The position numbers were made by a program, and so were the translations under genes. Positions 20,881 to 32,540 of a DNA stretch of 64,000 nucleotides are shown piece after piece. Within the stretch, counting starts at the first letter, position 1, and every line of letters begins with the position of its first letter. Under the pieces are notes generated by a model. That model was given only the letters and a program-made list of their open reading frames with translations, was not told the origin of the DNA and did not search any database. Source of the stretch: Synechococcus sp. (GTDB lineage: Bacteria; Cyanobacteriota; Cyanobacteriia; PCC-6307; Cyanobiaceae); contig JBJBCN010000002.1 in the NCBI GenBank assembly GCA_047285805.1, positions 832,001 to 896,000 on the forward strand. Direction: 5' to 3'.

Positions 20881-22254
20881 ATGACTAACACCAACGCAAC
20901 CCTCAACGCCGAACACCTGCGGAGCCAACTGGAGGGCATCGCCAGCCAACACGGCATCCGCCAGTGGGACTTGGGGGCGGCCTGCAGCACGGACACCTCC
21001 GTCCAGGTCGACCGCGGCGAACCCAAGCAACTCAAGGGAGCCCAGCGCAGTTCGATCACGATCCGCGTCTGGAACAGCGACGGTCTGGTGGGCACCACCA
21101 GCACCTCCGACCTCTCCCCTAGTGGATTGGAGCGGGCCCTCTCCGGCGCCCGGAATGCCGCGGCATTCGGCAACGCCCAGGAGATACCGGCCTTCTCGCC
21201 CCTGGCGACAGCACCCCTGACCGCCCTGGATCAACCGCTGCACCAGCACCAGGGCATTCTCAAATTGCTCGAGCAGCTCAAGGCCGCTGAGCAAGACCTG
21301 CTTGGTCGGCACCAGGCCATCAGCACCGTCCCTTACAACGGCCTGGCAGAGCGCAGCAGCGAGCGCATCTACCTAAACAGCAAGGGGGCCTGCCGCCAGC
21401 AGCAGCTAACCACCGCCAGCATCTACCTCTACGCCCGAGCCGAGGAGAGTGGCCGCAAACCCCGCAGCTCCGGTGCCGTTCGCCTGGCCTATGGCGCCTC
21501 GGACCTCGACATTGCCGGCTGCATCGACGAGGCCGCGGAGCGCACGATCAGCCACCTGGACTACACGCCGGTGGAGACCGGTCGCTACACCTGCGTGCTC
21601 AGCCCCGAGGCATTCCTGGATCTAATTGGCGCCTTCAGCAACCTCTTCAACGCCCGCTCGGTGCTCGATGGGGTGAGCCTCAGCCGGAAGGACTCCATCG
21701 GCCAAAGCATGGCAGTGCCCTTCCTCTCCATCCACGACAACGGGTTACACCCGGGCAACATCGGCGCCTCCAACTTCGACGGCGAGGGAACCCCGACCCG
21801 GAAGTTGGCCCTGCTTGAGGGTGGCGTTCTGAAGAACTTCCTCCACTCCGAAGCAACCGCACGCGCCTTCGGCGTGGAGCCCACCGGCCATGCGGGCCTC
21901 GGCGCCAAGGTCTCGGTCGGTCCGGATTGGTTTGAGATTGGGCCCACCCCGGGCAGCGATGGCGGCCAGAGCGGCCTGGATCGCTTTAAGGCTGATCAAC
22001 CGATCATCTGGATCGACTCCTTATCGGCCCTGCACGCGGGGGTCAAGGCCAGCCAGGGCTCTTTCTCCTTGCCCTTCGATGGCTGGTTGCTCCAAGACGG
22101 CGAAGCCCGCTCGATTGAAGCCGCCACCGTGGCCGGCGACATTCGTCAGGTGTTGAACGCGATTGTCGGCTTTGAGGGCGACGCGAAAGTCACCCCAGAT
22201 GGGCTCTGTCCGATGGTCTGGGTGGAGGGGCTCTCGATTACCGGTGAGGCCTAA
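20881..22254 (+). CDS. pmbA: TldE/PmbA-family partner
   Basis: FDGEGTPT, TGHA, GSFSLP, ATVAGD; no HExxxH; 1 bp after tldD. Confidence 0.9.
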   Translation: MTNTNATLNAEHLRSQLEGIASQHGIRQWDLGAACSTDTSVQVDRGEPKQLKGAQRSSITIRVWNSDGLVGTTSTSDLSPSGLERALSGARNAAAFGNAQEIPAFSPLATAPLTALDQPLHQHQGILKLLEQLKAAEQDLLGRHQAISTVPYNGLAERSSERIYLNSKGACRQQQLTTASIYLYARAEESGRKPRSSGAVRLAYGASDLDIAGCIDEAAERTISHLDYTPVETGRYTCVLSPEAFLDLIGAFSNLFNARSVLDGVSLSRKDSIGQSMAVPFLSIHDNGLHPGNIGASNFDGEGTPTRKLALLEGGVLKNFLHSEATARAFGVEPTGHAGLGAKVSVGPDWFEIGPTPGSDGGQSGLDRFKADQPIIWIDSLSALHAGVKASQGSFSLPFDGWLLQDGEARSIEAATVAGDIRQVLNAIVGFEGDAKVTPDGLCPMVWVEGLSITGEA

Positions 22255-22263
22255 CAAGCAGCC

Positions 22264-23295
22264 ATGCGGATCCTCTTCTGGGGTACCCCGGCCTACGCAG
22301 TCAGCAGTCTCGATGCGCTAGTGAACGCCGGCCATAAGCTGGTCGGTGTGGTCACCCAACCGGACCGGCGGCGGGGGCGCGGGAAGGCGCTGGTGCCCTC
22401 CCCGGTCAAGGCCCGTGCCTTGGAGCTTGGTCTCCCCGTATTCACACCCGAGCGGATCCGCAAAGAACCCGACTGCCAACAACAGCTCGCCTCGCTCGGG
22501 GCTGACGTCTACTTCGTGGTCGCTTTCGGCCAAATCCTGCCGAAGGAAGTCCTTCAGCAGCCGCCTCTGGGCTGCTGGAACGGCCACGGCTCACTGCTGC
22601 CGCGCTGGCGCGGCGCCGGTCCCATCCAATGGAGCCTGATCGAAGGCGATGCCGAGACCGGCGTCGGGATCATGGCGATGGAGGAGGGGCTCGACACCGG
22701 GCCAATACTCCTGGAGCGAGCCCTCCCGATCGCTCTACTCGAGAATGCTCACCAACTCGCCGAGCGTCTGGCACGCCTCACCGGCGAACTCCTGGTGGAA
22801 GCCCTGCCCTTGATCGAAGCCGCGGGCCCCGGCCCTGAAGCAGAGCGCCTCGAGCGTCTGGGGGTACGGTTCCAGCCGGAAGAGGGCATGACCTACGCCC
22901 GCATGCTCACCAAGGAGGACGCCCAAATCGATTGGTCGGCGTCCGCGCTTGCGGTCCACCGCCAGATCATGGGGCTCTACCCCGGTGCCACGAGCAGCTG
23001 GAAGGGGAAGCGCCTGAAGGTGCTTTCCTGTGAACCGCTGATCAAACGCCTGAAGCAGGACCTCAGCCCGGAGGCCCAGGCTTTGGCGGAGCGGTGGGGA
23101 CTAAGCCCAGGGGAGAGCTCCAGCCATACACCCGGGATAGTGCTGGAGTGCGTTGATTCCACCGGCATCGTGGTGGCCAGCTCGGGTTGTCCCCTCTTGA
23201 TCCGCGAGGCGCAGCTGGAAGGGAAAAGTGCCAGCCAGGCCACCCAACTGCTGCAGCAACTAGGCGCGGTCGCCGGCGACCGCCTGGGGGACTAA
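22264..23295 (+). CDS. fmt: Methionyl-tRNA formyltransferase
   Basis: FWGTP, VVTQPD, HGSLLPRWRGAGPI, GLDTG. Confidence 0.97.
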   Translation: MRILFWGTPAYAVSSLDALVNAGHKLVGVVTQPDRRRGRGKALVPSPVKARALELGLPVFTPERIRKEPDCQQQLASLGADVYFVVAFGQILPKEVLQQPPLGCWNGHGSLLPRWRGAGPIQWSLIEGDAETGVGIMAMEEGLDTGPILLERALPIALLENAHQLAERLARLTGELLVEALPLIEAAGPGPEAERLERLGVRFQPEEGMTYARMLTKEDAQIDWSASALAVHRQIMGLYPGATSSWKGKRLKVLSCEPLIKRLKQDLSPEAQALAERWGLSPGESSSHTPGIVLECVDSTGIVVASSGCPLLIREAQLEGKSASQATQLLQQLGAVAGDRLGD

Positions 23296-24071
23296 ACCAC
23301 CAGGAACTGATAGGCGTCGTTGACGCGCCGAAAGGCCTCCGCTGTCCCGCCCACATCGGGATGGTGCTGTTTCACCAAGCGGCGATGCGCCTGCTTGATC
23401 GCCTGCATGGAGGCCCCCCACTCCAACCCCAACACGGACAGGGCGGCCACCCGATGCGGGTCCCGTCTGCCATAGCCGGTGCTGGTGTTCGTGGACTGGT
23501 GCTGGCGGTCCGTACGGCGCTGATCGCTGCGGGTCCTGCGGTTCTTCGAGCCCTGCCGCTGGCGCAGCTCCAGTACCACCCTCTGGGGGGCGTCATCAAG
23601 CCATTCGATCGCGCTGACACCGTAGAGAGCAAAGGCCGCCAACACGGCACAGCGCTTTTTGTTGAGCGGACTCGCCATCGCCCCATAGAGATCACGGCCC
23701 AGACCTGGCACCAAGTGATCGAGGCGCTGCTGCAGATTCAACTGCGGAAGAAAGCTGCTGCGGTTCAGCTGCTCGATCAGCTGCTCGAGGCCGCTCTGCC
23801 GCAAAACGTCCCAGCCCTTCTGCTCCGCCAGGGTCGCCCCCCAGCGCTTCACCTGGGCGGTGGTGACGAGCGCTTGCGGTGGGGGCGGGTCCTGCCGCCG
23901 CCAATGCTGGCGGCTCGGTTCCGGCCGCTGGCGGAGCAACTCCAACTGCCGCCGGAGCTGCCGCACCTCACGCCTGAGGGCCTCGTTCTCCTGGAGCAGG
24001 GCGTCCACATTGCTCGTAACCCGCTGCTGCGGGCGCGGCTCTGCGGACCAGCGCCTGGGATCAAATCCCAC
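23292..24071 (-). CDS. Protein with N-terminal coiled coil and C-terminal J domain
   Basis: LSVLGL...IKQAHRRLVKQHHPD...FRRVNDAY. Confidence 0.88.
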   Translation of the reverse strand: MGFDPRRWSAEPRPQQRVTSNVDALLQENEALRREVRQLRRQLELLRQRPEPSRQHWRRQDPPPPQALVTTAQVKRWGATLAEQKGWDVLRQSGLEQLIEQLNRSSFLPQLNLQQRLDHLVPGLGRDLYGAMASPLNKKRCAVLAAFALYGVSAIEWLDDAPQRVVLELRQRQGSKNRRTRSDQRRTDRQHQSTNTSTGYGRRDPHRVAALSVLGLEWGASMQAIKQAHRRLVKQHHPDVGGTAEAFRRVNDAYQFLVV

Positions 24072-24077
24072 GCCGGC

Positions 24078-25502
24078 TTAAGGGCGGCGCGAGGAGGAGC
24101 GTGCCGCGGGACGCCCGCTACGGCTAGCCCCCGCGCGGGGTCCGCGTTTCGATCCACCACCACGGTTGCCGCCACCACCCCGGCTGGAGCGCCCGCGGCC
24201 GCCGCTCAGATCCAGGGGAGGAGCAGAGAGCACCGAGGGCTCAAAGCCCGGGATCTCCTGCTTGGGAAGCTTCTTGCCGGTAAGCCGTTCAATTGCTCGC
24301 AGGAGCTCATGCTCCTCTGCGGCCACCAGGGAGACGGCGTGGCCGCTATGGCCAGCCCGGCCGGTGCGACCGATGCGATGGACATAGTCCTCGGCCTGAT
24401 TTGGCAGGTCAAGGTTCACCACGTGGGGTAACTGGTGAATGTCGATGCCTCGGGCGGCGATGTCGGTGGCCACCAAGACGCGGAGCTCACCGCTCTTGAA
24501 GCCAGCCAAGGCGCGTGTGCGCGCCCCCTGGCTCTTGTTGCCGTGGATGGCCGCCGCCGCCATGCCCTCAGCCGTGAGCCGATCGGCGACGCGATTGGCC
24601 CCATGCTTGGTACGCGAGAAGACCAGCACCTGCTGCCAGTCATTGCTGGCGATCAGATAGCAGAGCAAATCAGCCTTACGCCCCATGTCACAGGGGTGAA
24701 GGATGTGCTCGACCGTGGTCGCCGTGCGGTTCTCGGGGGTGACCTGAAGCTGAACGGGGTCATGGAGCAACCCCGTCGCCAAGCGACGAATCGAGGACTC
24801 AAAGGTGGCCGAGAACAGCAGGTTCTGGCGCTTGGCGGGCAGCAGGCGAAGGATTTTTTGGATGTCGCGGATGAAGCCCATATCGAGCATTCGATCGGCT
24901 TCATCAAGCACCAGGATTTCGACGCGGTCCAGGCTGATCGCCCCCTGCTGCACCAGGTCCATTAGACGACCCGGGGTCGCCACCAGCACATCGGCACCGA
25001 GCTGCAGGCGCGTGATTTGGGGGTTGATCTTGACCCCGCCGAAAACCACATCGGAGCGGAGGTCCAGATGGCGGGAGTAGGCCTTGATGTTGTCGGCCAC
25101 CTGGGCCGCCAGCTCCCGAGTCGGGGTGAGCACCAAGGCGCGAACAATCTGGCCGCGGGCACGGGGGCCGTGGCGGAGCCGCTCCAGCATCGGCAGGGTG
25201 AAACCGGCGGTCTTGCCCGTTCCGGTCTGGGCGGCCGCCATCACGTCGCGACCCGCCAGCACCGCCGGAATGCACTGCTTCTGAATCGAGGAGGGCTGGC
25301 TGTAGCCCTTCTGCAGCACCGCCTCGACGATCGGTCGCCCCAGACCAAGGGCGGTGAAGGGAGACTCCGCGAGCTGCTCATCATCCACAGGGGGCAGTGC
25401 CACGGGGGCCTCGGCCGACGCCTGGGCAGTGGTCGGCAGCCGCTTCACCGGAGCGGGCCGGCGCCGACGCCGGGGGGAACGATCGGGGGAGGTGATAAGC
25501 AA
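24078..25502 (-). CDS. DEAD-box RNA helicase (RhlE-like)
   Basis: [42 protein letters not shown]-rich tail. Confidence 0.96.
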   Translation of the reverse strand: MLITSPDRSPRRRRRPAPVKRLPTTAQASAEAPVALPPVDDEQLAESPFTALGLGRPIVEAVLQKGYSQPSSIQKQCIPAVLAGRDVMAAAQTGTGKTAGFTLPMLERLRHGPRARGQIVRALVLTPTRELAAQVADNIKAYSRHLDLRSDVVFGGVKINPQITRLQLGADVLVATPGRLMDLVQQGAISLDRVEILVLDEADRMLDMGFIRDIQKILRLLPAKRQNLLFSATFESSIRRLATGLLHDPVQLQVTPENRTATTVEHILHPCDMGRKADLLCYLIASNDWQQVLVFSRTKHGANRVADRLTAEGMAAAAIHGNKSQGARTRALAGFKSGELRVLVATDIAARGIDIHQLPHVVNLDLPNQAEDYVHRIGRTGRAGHSGHAVSLVAAEEHELLRAIERLTGKKLPKQEIPGFEPSVLSAPPLDLSGGRGRSSRGGGGNRGGGSKRGPRAGASRSGRPAARSSSRRP

Positions 25503-25527
25503 TCCTCACGAAGCTTCACCCTACGGC

Positions 25528-26178
25528 TCAGGACTCGGTGTACAGCTGCCGGGCCTGATCCAGGGTGAGCTGCACCTCGGCATCGCTTAGCACCGAAGCT
25601 TCAGGCCAGGACTGATCCAGCCAGACCCGCAGCCGAGAGAGCTCTTCAAGGAAGAAGGTCTCCTGGGCGGCGAGAACCCGAAACTTGAGGAACTCCAGCA
25701 GGCGTGCCCGCAAACGGGCGACCGGGATCAGCTGGCAGCGTTGTGGATCCACCGCGACCGCGAGAGCTGATCCGAGCTTGAGCGCGGGCAAGTGCGGAGC
25801 CAGCAATTCCAGGCAGCCGTCCCGCTGGAAATGGCACACCTTGGTCTCGGGGTGTGGGTAATAGATCCAGCCCTGAAGCGGCTGGTCCTCGCCCTGGCGC
25901 AGCAGGACCCTCCAAAAAGAGAAGGTCTCGGGCGGATGGAGAGGCGTCCAATCCAACTGCTCAAAGCACCATTCGGGCTGGCTCAGGGCCCACCGACAGC
26001 CAGGGAATTCCAAGTTGATCGTCCCATGAAAGCAATCGCTGAGGTCCAATCCGCGCTGCAGAAAGAACGGGGACTGCAGTGCAATCGTTCCGGCCGGGTA
26101 GGGGCTCTCGCGCGCTGAGCCCGAGGCGACCCCATGGCCTTGGGCCACGACGCCCCGCTGCCAGATCCACTCCGTCAC
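25528..26178 (-). CDS. Hypothetical protein, weak CTP-dependent riboflavin kinase-like pattern
   Basis: GVVAQGHGVASG...GTINL...YYPHPETK...LELLAP. Confidence 0.7.
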   Translation of the reverse strand: MTEWIWQRGVVAQGHGVASGSARESPYPAGTIALQSPFFLQRGLDLSDCFHGTINLEFPGCRWALSQPEWCFEQLDWTPLHPPETFSFWRVLLRQGEDQPLQGWIYYPHPETKVCHFQRDGCLELLAPHLPALKLGSALAVAVDPQRCQLIPVARLRARLLEFLKFRVLAAQETFFLEELSRLRVWLDQSWPEASVLSDAEVQLTLDQARQLYTES

Positions 26179-26525
26179 GGAGCGTCGCTGCGGGAACTGT
26201 GGTGCGCGCAGCGCTCACAGGGACCGGCCGGCAGAACCGCGCAGCGCAGCAGCGGCGAGCGGGCATTGAAGCTGCAACTTGGATCACCAATCACCCAACG
26301 GCCCTGCCACCAGCGGGCATCCGCCGGACGGCGTTGCGCTTTGACCTGCAGGGCGATCGAGCTCAGCTCGTAGCGCCCGCCGCGCAATTGATAGCGGTGG
26401 TGGCGCTGCATCACTAGGTAGCTCCGATCGGGGAGCTCCAACCAACGGCCGGGGTGGGGCACCTCCTCCAGCTCGAGTCGATCAATCAGATGGTTGCTGC
26501 CGGCCTGCCGCAATTCGACGCGCAT
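26175..26525 (-). CDS. DUF6464-like cyanobacterial protein
   Basis: RHHRYQLRGGRY; IGDPSCSFNARSPLLRCAVLPAGPCERCAH. Confidence 0.82.
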   Translation of the reverse strand: MRVELRQAGSNHLIDRLELEEVPHPGRWLELPDRSYLVMQRHHRYQLRGGRYELSSIALQVKAQRRPADARWWQGRWVIGDPSCSFNARSPLLRCAVLPAGPCERCAHHSSRSDAP

Positions 26526-26530
26526 CGCTC

Positions 26531-27256
26531 CTAGCCCTCGGCCTCCGCGTCTCTCACGCGGTTGGAGAACCCCCAGGCAAAGAGCAGCGCCACGATGCTC
26601 AAGAGCACCCATTCCGGAGGGACAACCTGCGGGGCAGCAAGACGCAAGAGCAGGCGTAGGCCCACCAAGCCGACCGCCAGATAACCCGCCGCTTCCAGGC
26701 GGGTGTAGACCTCAAGCCAGCGGATAAAGAGACCGGAGGTGAGCCGCAGGGCTACCACCCCCAGAACCCCGCCCGTCATCACCAAAAGCAGGTTGTCGCT
26801 GACGGCCACCGCGGCCGCCACGCTGTCCAGAGAAAAGGCAAGGTCGGTCATAGCAAGGGTGACCACCACCCCGGAAAGGCCCGTCTGAGCCACCTCACCG
26901 CTGGAGTCATCGGCCGGCTCGTCGTCCTCAGCGTAAGTCGATCGCAAATTGGTGACGCAGAGCCACAGGAGATAGCCCGCCGCCAGCAGCTGAAGCGGCC
27001 AAAAGTCCAACACCCACTGGACCGCCGCGATCAAGAGCAGGCGAAAGACCAGGGCCAAGCCCAAGCCTAAGTTAAGGGCCTGACTCTGCAGCTTCGGATC
27101 GTGCAGCCGGCGGGAGATCGCCGCCAAGGCGATCGCATTGTCGGCGGAGAGGACCGCCTCCAGGGCCACCAGGAGCGGCAGCAGCAGCAACAGCTCACCC
27201 CATTGATCCGCCGCCTGGATCAGAGATGAAAGGGATGGAATTGACTCCGCTTCCAT
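26531..27256 (-). CDS. TerC-family membrane protein
   Basis: LEAVLSADNA and DLAFSLDSV motifs. Confidence 0.93.
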   Translation of the reverse strand: MEAESIPSLSSLIQAADQWGELLLLLPLLVALEAVLSADNAIALAAISRRLHDPKLQSQALNLGLGLALVFRLLLIAAVQWVLDFWPLQLLAAGYLLWLCVTNLRSTYAEDDEPADDSSGEVAQTGLSGVVVTLAMTDLAFSLDSVAAAVAVSDNLLLVMTGGVLGVVALRLTSGLFIRWLEVYTRLEAAGYLAVGLVGLRLLLRLAAPQVVPPEWVLLSIVALLFAWGFSNRVRDAEAEG

Positions 27257-27318
27257 TCAGTTGCTGCAGAGGATTCCAAGGCCCGCCAGTGTAGAAACGC
27301 CGCACCGAGATCCCGAGC

Positions 27319-28143
27319 ATGGAGAGCAGCCTGTCCTTCCGGGCCCGTCTGGTGCATGCCGAAGCCGGCAAGCGTGTGGTCCAGCTCAGTGCCTGGCAGG
27401 GATCCAGCTGCCTGGGGAGTGCACTCGGTGAAGCGGAGAACGCCGAGCTCGCCGAAGACAGGGCTCTCGAAAAACTGCAAGCCCGCCTCGGCCACCAACC
27501 AGCAGCCAGCACCCCAGCATCAAATCCGCCAGCGGCGGGAGAGCCGCCGGTGCGCCACCCCGTGGTGCGTCGTCCTCCGGCAGACGAACCCCTCGCTCCA
27601 GTCGCGGAGCCAACTCCGAAGCCTGATCAGCCTTCCGCAGCACCCCCCGAAATCATTCAACCGCGCCTGTCGAAGCAGCCCACCCCTCCACCTGCCGTGG
27701 AACCCCAAGAGCCCGTGGCAGACCCCGAGGACTGGAGCGATGAGCTCGCCGAAATCGAGGTGCAACTCAAACGCCTGGACTGGGATCGAACCCAAGAGGG
27801 GACCTACCTGCAGCGGGCTTTTGGCCACCCCAGCCGCAACAGGATCACTAGCTACGCCGACCTGGCGTCCTATGTCCGCAGCCTGAGGGTGCTCGAGCCT
27901 GGCAACGACCCAGCCTGCGCAGCCATTCCCCTGCGGCGCCGTGATCTGCTCGAGCAGAGCGACACCCTGCTGGCGGCCCTGCAATGGGATGCCAACCGCG
28001 GCCGCCAAGCCCTCGAGCAGCAGTTCAGACTCAGCAGCCGTCAGCAACTCAGTGACGAACAGCTCCTGGCGTTCAACATGCAGCTCGAGACCACCCTCAT
28101 CGGCTCCGGCAATGCCGCGCCAGCCGCTCCTATCCCAGGTTGA
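27319..28143 (+). CDS. Conserved cyanobacterial hypothetical protein
   Basis: N-domain (AELAEDRAL), Pro-rich linker, two similar C-terminal units (L..LxW...L...F...SR..L). Confidence 0.75.
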   Translation: MESSLSFRARLVHAEAGKRVVQLSAWQGSSCLGSALGEAENAELAEDRALEKLQARLGHQPAASTPASNPPAAGEPPVRHPVVRRPPADEPLAPVAEPTPKPDQPSAAPPEIIQPRLSKQPTPPPAVEPQEPVADPEDWSDELAEIEVQLKRLDWDRTQEGTYLQRAFGHPSRNRITSYADLASYVRSLRVLEPGNDPACAAIPLRRRDLLEQSDTLLAALQWDANRGRQALEQQFRLSSRQQLSDEQLLAFNMQLETTLIGSGNAAPAAPIPG

Positions 28144-28847
28144 GTTGCTCCTGGTTGGCGTGGGCCTCCTCCTCCAACAAGCGCTGCTCCCGGGAGGCCC
28201 TCGCATAAAGGGGCTGCTGAAGATGCCGGCAACCTGAGGCGTTCAAGCTGCGGCTGAGGCCCAGCAGCCGCGGGCGGGCATAGAGCGAGTCGGCCTTGCA
28301 GCTCTGGGCGATGTGAATCACCTCATGGTTCTGGACCCGCGCCAAGTTCACTGTTCCTTTGAAGGCGACATCCAGGCGAAGACGTAGCTCTCCCCGGCGC
28401 GGGTTCCACTCACACGCCGCCCCCTTTTGTTTGGGCTGACGCACCACGAGAACCACGTCGCTGCGCTAGAGCTGCTAGAGCATGACCCCAATCGCATCCC
28501 GCTCACTCCGGTAGCTCGGGGGAGTGGCGATCAGCTGACGCAACTTCGCCGTGGACAGGGCTTCTCGCCGACCCGGCGCCGATAGGCGATGCGCTGCCCC
28601 CACCCGGCAGATGCTCCAACTTGGGGCAACAGAGCCGATCGGCCTGATCCAACCGCTCAAACAAAGCCCTCTGACTGGAGGCCGTCAGCTGCCCGTTGAG
28701 CGGCAGGGTCAGCTCCTCCGCAGTTTCTCCGCCACTGGCCGGGGGAAACTCCTCCTGGGGCGCGTCACCATCGGGCTGCAGCCAACTCAGGCCAGCAACG
28801 GCGAAAAGCAGCACTACCAGGGAGAGCCAGAGGGGACGTCCTCGCAC
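28130..28847 (-). pseudogene. Disrupted gene for an exported HExxH-motif protein
   Basis: One protein can be rebuilt across two 1-bp deletions and two in-frame TAG stops; NHEVIHIAQSC motif. Confidence 0.75.
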
Positions 28848-28912
28848 AGCTGGAGCCGGCCTCAGCTGCTCACCGTTGTCTTGCCAAGATGAGCAGCTGT
28901 GCTTTGAGCCCC

Positions 28913-31900
28913 ATGCCCCTCTCCGCCCTGGTGCGCCAACTGCAGCAGGTGCCCCTCAGTGGAGAGGTGCTGCAGCGGTGCTCCCGGGACGAGCGGCTGC
29001 GGCTCTCCGGAGCGGGACGCGGAGCCCGCGCCCTGATCAGCAGTGTCCTAGCCAGCTGCGCGGAAGCCCCATTGCTGGTGGTAGTGCCAACCCTCGAGGA
29101 GGCCGGCCGCTGGGCGGCGCTGCTCGAGCTCATGAACTGGAACAGCGCCCAGCTCTATCCCACCAGCGAGGGCAGCCCCTACGAGCCCTTTGATCCCACC
29201 AGCGAGATCACCTGGGGACAACTCCAGGTCCTCAGCGAACTCCTGGATGCCGAAAGCCGCTGCGCGATCGTCGCCACCGAGCGATCCCTGCAACCACATC
29301 TGCCGCCGCCGGCAGCCCTGCAGGCCCAGTGCCTCAGTCTGCGCAAGGGGGATGAATTTGACCTCGAGGCCCTCGGCGAAACCCTGACCCGCCTGGGTTA
29401 CGAGCGGGTCACGAGCATTGAGCAGGAGGGCAGTTGGAGCCGTCGCGGCGACATCGTCGATGTCTTCCCTGTCAGCTCGGAACTCCCCGTCCGTCTGGAA
29501 TTCTTCGGTGAGGAGCTAGAGAAGCTGCGGGAATTCGACCCCGCCAGCCAGCGCTCCCTCGATCCCATCGAGGTGGTGCGTCTCACCCCAAGCGGCTACG
29601 GGCCCTTGATCGCTGATGCCCTGCGCGAGGGCATGCCGGAAGGCCTCGACCAACTGCTGAGCCCCGAAGCCAGCGAGCAACTGCTGGAAGGGGGCACACC
29701 GGAGGGGATGCGGCGGCTAATGGGCCTGGCCTGGAGCGAGCCGGCTTCCCTGCTCGATTACCTGCCCGAAGGCACCCTGATTGCCATCGATGAGCGGCGC
29801 CATTGCCTCTCCCACGGCCAGCAGTGGTTTGATCACGGCGTCGAGCACCACGCCGAGGTCTGCGCTGAACTCGGAATCGAGCTCCCAGCTGTCCTGCACC
29901 GCAGCCCCGAAGATGCCCTGGCGGCTACAGAGCGCTTCCAAGGCTTTGACCTGGCTGAGCTGCAGGAAAGCGACAACCACCCAAACAACTTCGATCTCTC
30001 CAGCCGGCCCGTGCCGGCCTACCCCAACCAATTCGGCAAGCTCGCCGAGCTGATCAAAGGCTTCCAGAAGGAGAGGGCCCGGGTTTGGCTGCTCTCCGCC
30101 CAGCCCAGCCGCGCTGTAGCCCTGCTGGAGGAGCACGACTGCATAAGCCGCTTTGTCCCCAACCCGGCCGATCGTCCGGCCATCGATCGGCTGATCGAAC
30201 AGAACACCCCCGTCGCCCTCAAGACGAAGGGCACCGCCGAACTCGAGGGCCTGCAATTGCCGGCCTGGAAGCTCGCGTTGATTACCGACCGGGAATTCTT
30301 CGGTCAGCACTCCCTGGCCGCCAGCGGCTACGTACGGCGCCGGCGCAAGGCCGCGAGCCGCACGGTTGATCCCAACAAGATGCAGCCGGGAGATTTCGTG
30401 GTGCACCGCAACCACGGCATCGGCAAGTTCCTGAAGCTCGAGAAGCTCGCGATTGGCAGCGAGGTCCGCGATTACCTCGTCGTCCAGTACGCCGATGGCC
30501 TACTGCGGGTCGCCGCCGACCAGCTCGGCAGCCTCGGTCGCTACCGCGCCACCAGCGACAGGCCGCCGGACCTCAACCGCATGGGGGGCACCGCCTGGAA
30601 CAAGGCCAAAGAACGCGCCCGCAAGGCAGTGCGCAAGGTGGCCCTCGATCTGGTCAAGCTCTACGCCGAACGGCATAAGGCACCCGGTTTCGCCTTCCCC
30701 GTGGATGGCCCCTGGCAGAACGAACTCGAGGATTCCTTCCCCTACGAGCCCACACCGGATCAGGTCAAAGCGATTGCCGATGTGAAACGGGACATGGAGC
30801 AACCCCAGCCGATGGACCGCCTCGTTTGCGGCGATGTCGGCTTCGGCAAAACCGAGGTGGCGATCCGGGCGATCTTCAAGGCCGTGACCGCCGGCAAGCA
30901 AGTGGCGATGCTCGCCCCGACAACCGTGCTGGCGCAGCAGCACTGGCGTTCACTCTCCGAGCGATTTGCCCCTTATCCGATCAAGGTCAGCCTGCTCAAC
31001 CGCTTCCGTACCACCAGTGAGCGCAAGGTGATCCAAGAGGGGCTCGGTGAAGGAACCGTGGACGTCGTCGTCGGCACCCACCAATTGCTCGGCAAGGGCA
31101 CCCAGTTCAAGGAGCTCGGCCTGCTCGTCGTCGACGAGGAGCAGCGCTTTGGCGTCAACCAGAAGGAAAAGATCAAGGCCCTGCGCAAGGACGTCGACGT
31201 CCTGACCCTCTCGGCAACCCCGATCCCGCGCACGCTCTACATGAGCCTCTCTGGGGTCCGCGAGATGAGCCTGATAACGACGCCACCGCCGTTGCGTAGG
31301 CCAATCAAGACCCACCTGGCGGCCCTCGACGAAGAGGCCGTGCGCAGTGCGATCCGTCAGGAACTCGATCGTGGCGGTCAGATCTTCTACGTCGTCCCCC
31401 GGGTGGAGGGCATCGAGGAGGTAGCCGGAGGGCTTCGGCAGATGATCCCCGGGCTACGGCTCCTGGTCGCCCACGGTCAGATGGCGGAAGGCGAACTGGA
31501 GAGCGCCATGGTGGCCTTCAACGCCGGAGAGGCAGACCTGATGCTCTGCACCACGATCGTAGAGAGCGGCCTGGACATCCCTCGGGTTAACACGATCCTG
31601 ATTGAGGACGCCCACAAGTTCGGCCTCGCCCAGCTCTATCAGCTGCGCGGTCGCGTCGGCCGCAGCGGCATCCAAGCCCACGCCTGGCTCTTCTATCCAG
31701 GGGACGCCTCCCTGAGCGATGCGGCCCGGCAACGCTTGCGTGCCATTCAGGAGTTCGCCCAGCTGGGCAGCGGCTACCAACTGGCCATGCGCGACATGGA
31801 GATTCGCGGCGTCGGCAACCTGCTGGGGGTCGAGCAGAGCGGCCAGATGGAGACGATCGGTTTTGACCTCTATATGGAGATGCTCCAGGAATCTCTGGCG

Positions 31901-32464
31901 GAAATCCAGGGCCAGGACATCCCGGCGGTGGATGAGACCCAGATCGACCTGCAGCTCACCGCTTTTATCCCCGGCGACTGGATTAGCGAAAACGACGAGA
32001 AGATGGCGGCCTACCGAGCCGCGGCCGATTGCACGAGCCCAGATGGCCTCATCCAGCTGGCGGCCGACTGGGTGGATCGCTACGGCGCAATCCCCGCGCC
32101 GGTCATCTCCCTCCTGCAGCTCATGGAGTTGAAGTTGCTGGCGAAACGCTGCGGCTTCTCCAGAATCAAACCGGAGAGACCCAACATCGCCCTCGAGACG
32201 CCGATGGAGGAGCCGGCCTTCCGCCTGCTACGCCAGGGACTTCCCCAACACCTGCACGGAAGGCTGGTCTATCAGGCCAGTTCCGGCCACACCGCCAAGG
32301 TGCTGGCCCGGGGGCTAGGGGTCCTGCCGATGGAGAAGCAGGTGGAGGAACTGATGAACTGGCTCAAGCAAATGGTCGAGCAGATCCCCGGTGCCGATGG
32401 GCTCACCGACGCCCAACGGGCCGAACAGCTCAAGGCCAAAAACGAAGCGGTACTGGCGATTTAG
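28913..32464 (+). CDS. mfd: Transcription-repair coupling factor
   Basis: [52 protein letters not shown] tail. Confidence 0.98.
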   Translation: MPLSALVRQLQQVPLSGEVLQRCSRDERLRLSGAGRGARALISSVLASCAEAPLLVVVPTLEEAGRWAALLELMNWNSAQLYPTSEGSPYEPFDPTSEITWGQLQVLSELLDAESRCAIVATERSLQPHLPPPAALQAQCLSLRKGDEFDLEALGETLTRLGYERVTSIEQEGSWSRRGDIVDVFPVSSELPVRLEFFGEELEKLREFDPASQRSLDPIEVVRLTPSGYGPLIADALREGMPEGLDQLLSPEASEQLLEGGTPEGMRRLMGLAWSEPASLLDYLPEGTLIAIDERRHCLSHGQQWFDHGVEHHAEVCAELGIELPAVLHRSPEDALAATERFQGFDLAELQESDNHPNNFDLSSRPVPAYPNQFGKLAELIKGFQKERARVWLLSAQPSRAVALLEEHDCISRFVPNPADRPAIDRLIEQNTPVALKTKGTAELEGLQLPAWKLALITDREFFGQHSLAASGYVRRRRKAASRTVDPNKMQPGDFVVHRNHGIGKFLKLEKLAIGSEVRDYLVVQYADGLLRVAADQLGSLGRYRATSDRPPDLNRMGGTAWNKAKERARKAVRKVALDLVKLYAERHKAPGFAFPVDGPWQNELEDSFPYEPTPDQVKAIADVKRDMEQPQPMDRLVCGDVGFGKTEVAIRAIFKAVTAGKQVAMLAPTTVLAQQHWRSLSERFAPYPIKVSLLNRFRTTSERKVIQEGLGEGTVDVVVGTHQLLGKGTQFKELGLLVVDEEQRFGVNQKEKIKALRKDVDVLTLSATPIPRTLYMSLSGVREMSLITTPPPLRRPIKTHLAALDEEAVRSAIRQELDRGGQIFYVVPRVEGIEEVAGGLRQMIPGLRLLVAHGQMAEGELESAMVAFNAGEADLMLCTTIVESGLDIPRVNTILIEDAHKFGLAQLYQLRGRVGRSGIQAHAWLFYPGDASLSDAARQRLRAIQEFAQLGSGYQLAMRDMEIRGVGNLLGVEQSGQMETIGFDLYMEMLQESLAEIQGQDIPAVDETQIDLQLTAFIPGDWISENDEKMAAYRAAADCTSPDGLIQLAADWVDRYGAIPAPVISLLQLMELKLLAKRCGFSRIKPERPNIALETPMEEPAFRLLRQGLPQHLHGRLVYQASSGHTAKVLARGLGVLPMEKQVEELMNWLKQMVEQIPGADGLTDAQRAEQLKAKNEAVLAI

Positions 32465-32540
32465 GCCGGCTGCGGGCGAAATACGAGCGAGCGACGCAAA
32501 ATTCCGTTACAGTCTTAATGAAGCAATGTTACGGACATCC

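Noticed and set aside
19440..22254. tldD/pmbA as part of a RiPP cluster
   Set aside because: Housekeeping context (acsF, fmt); no precursor peptide or YcaO gene nearby.
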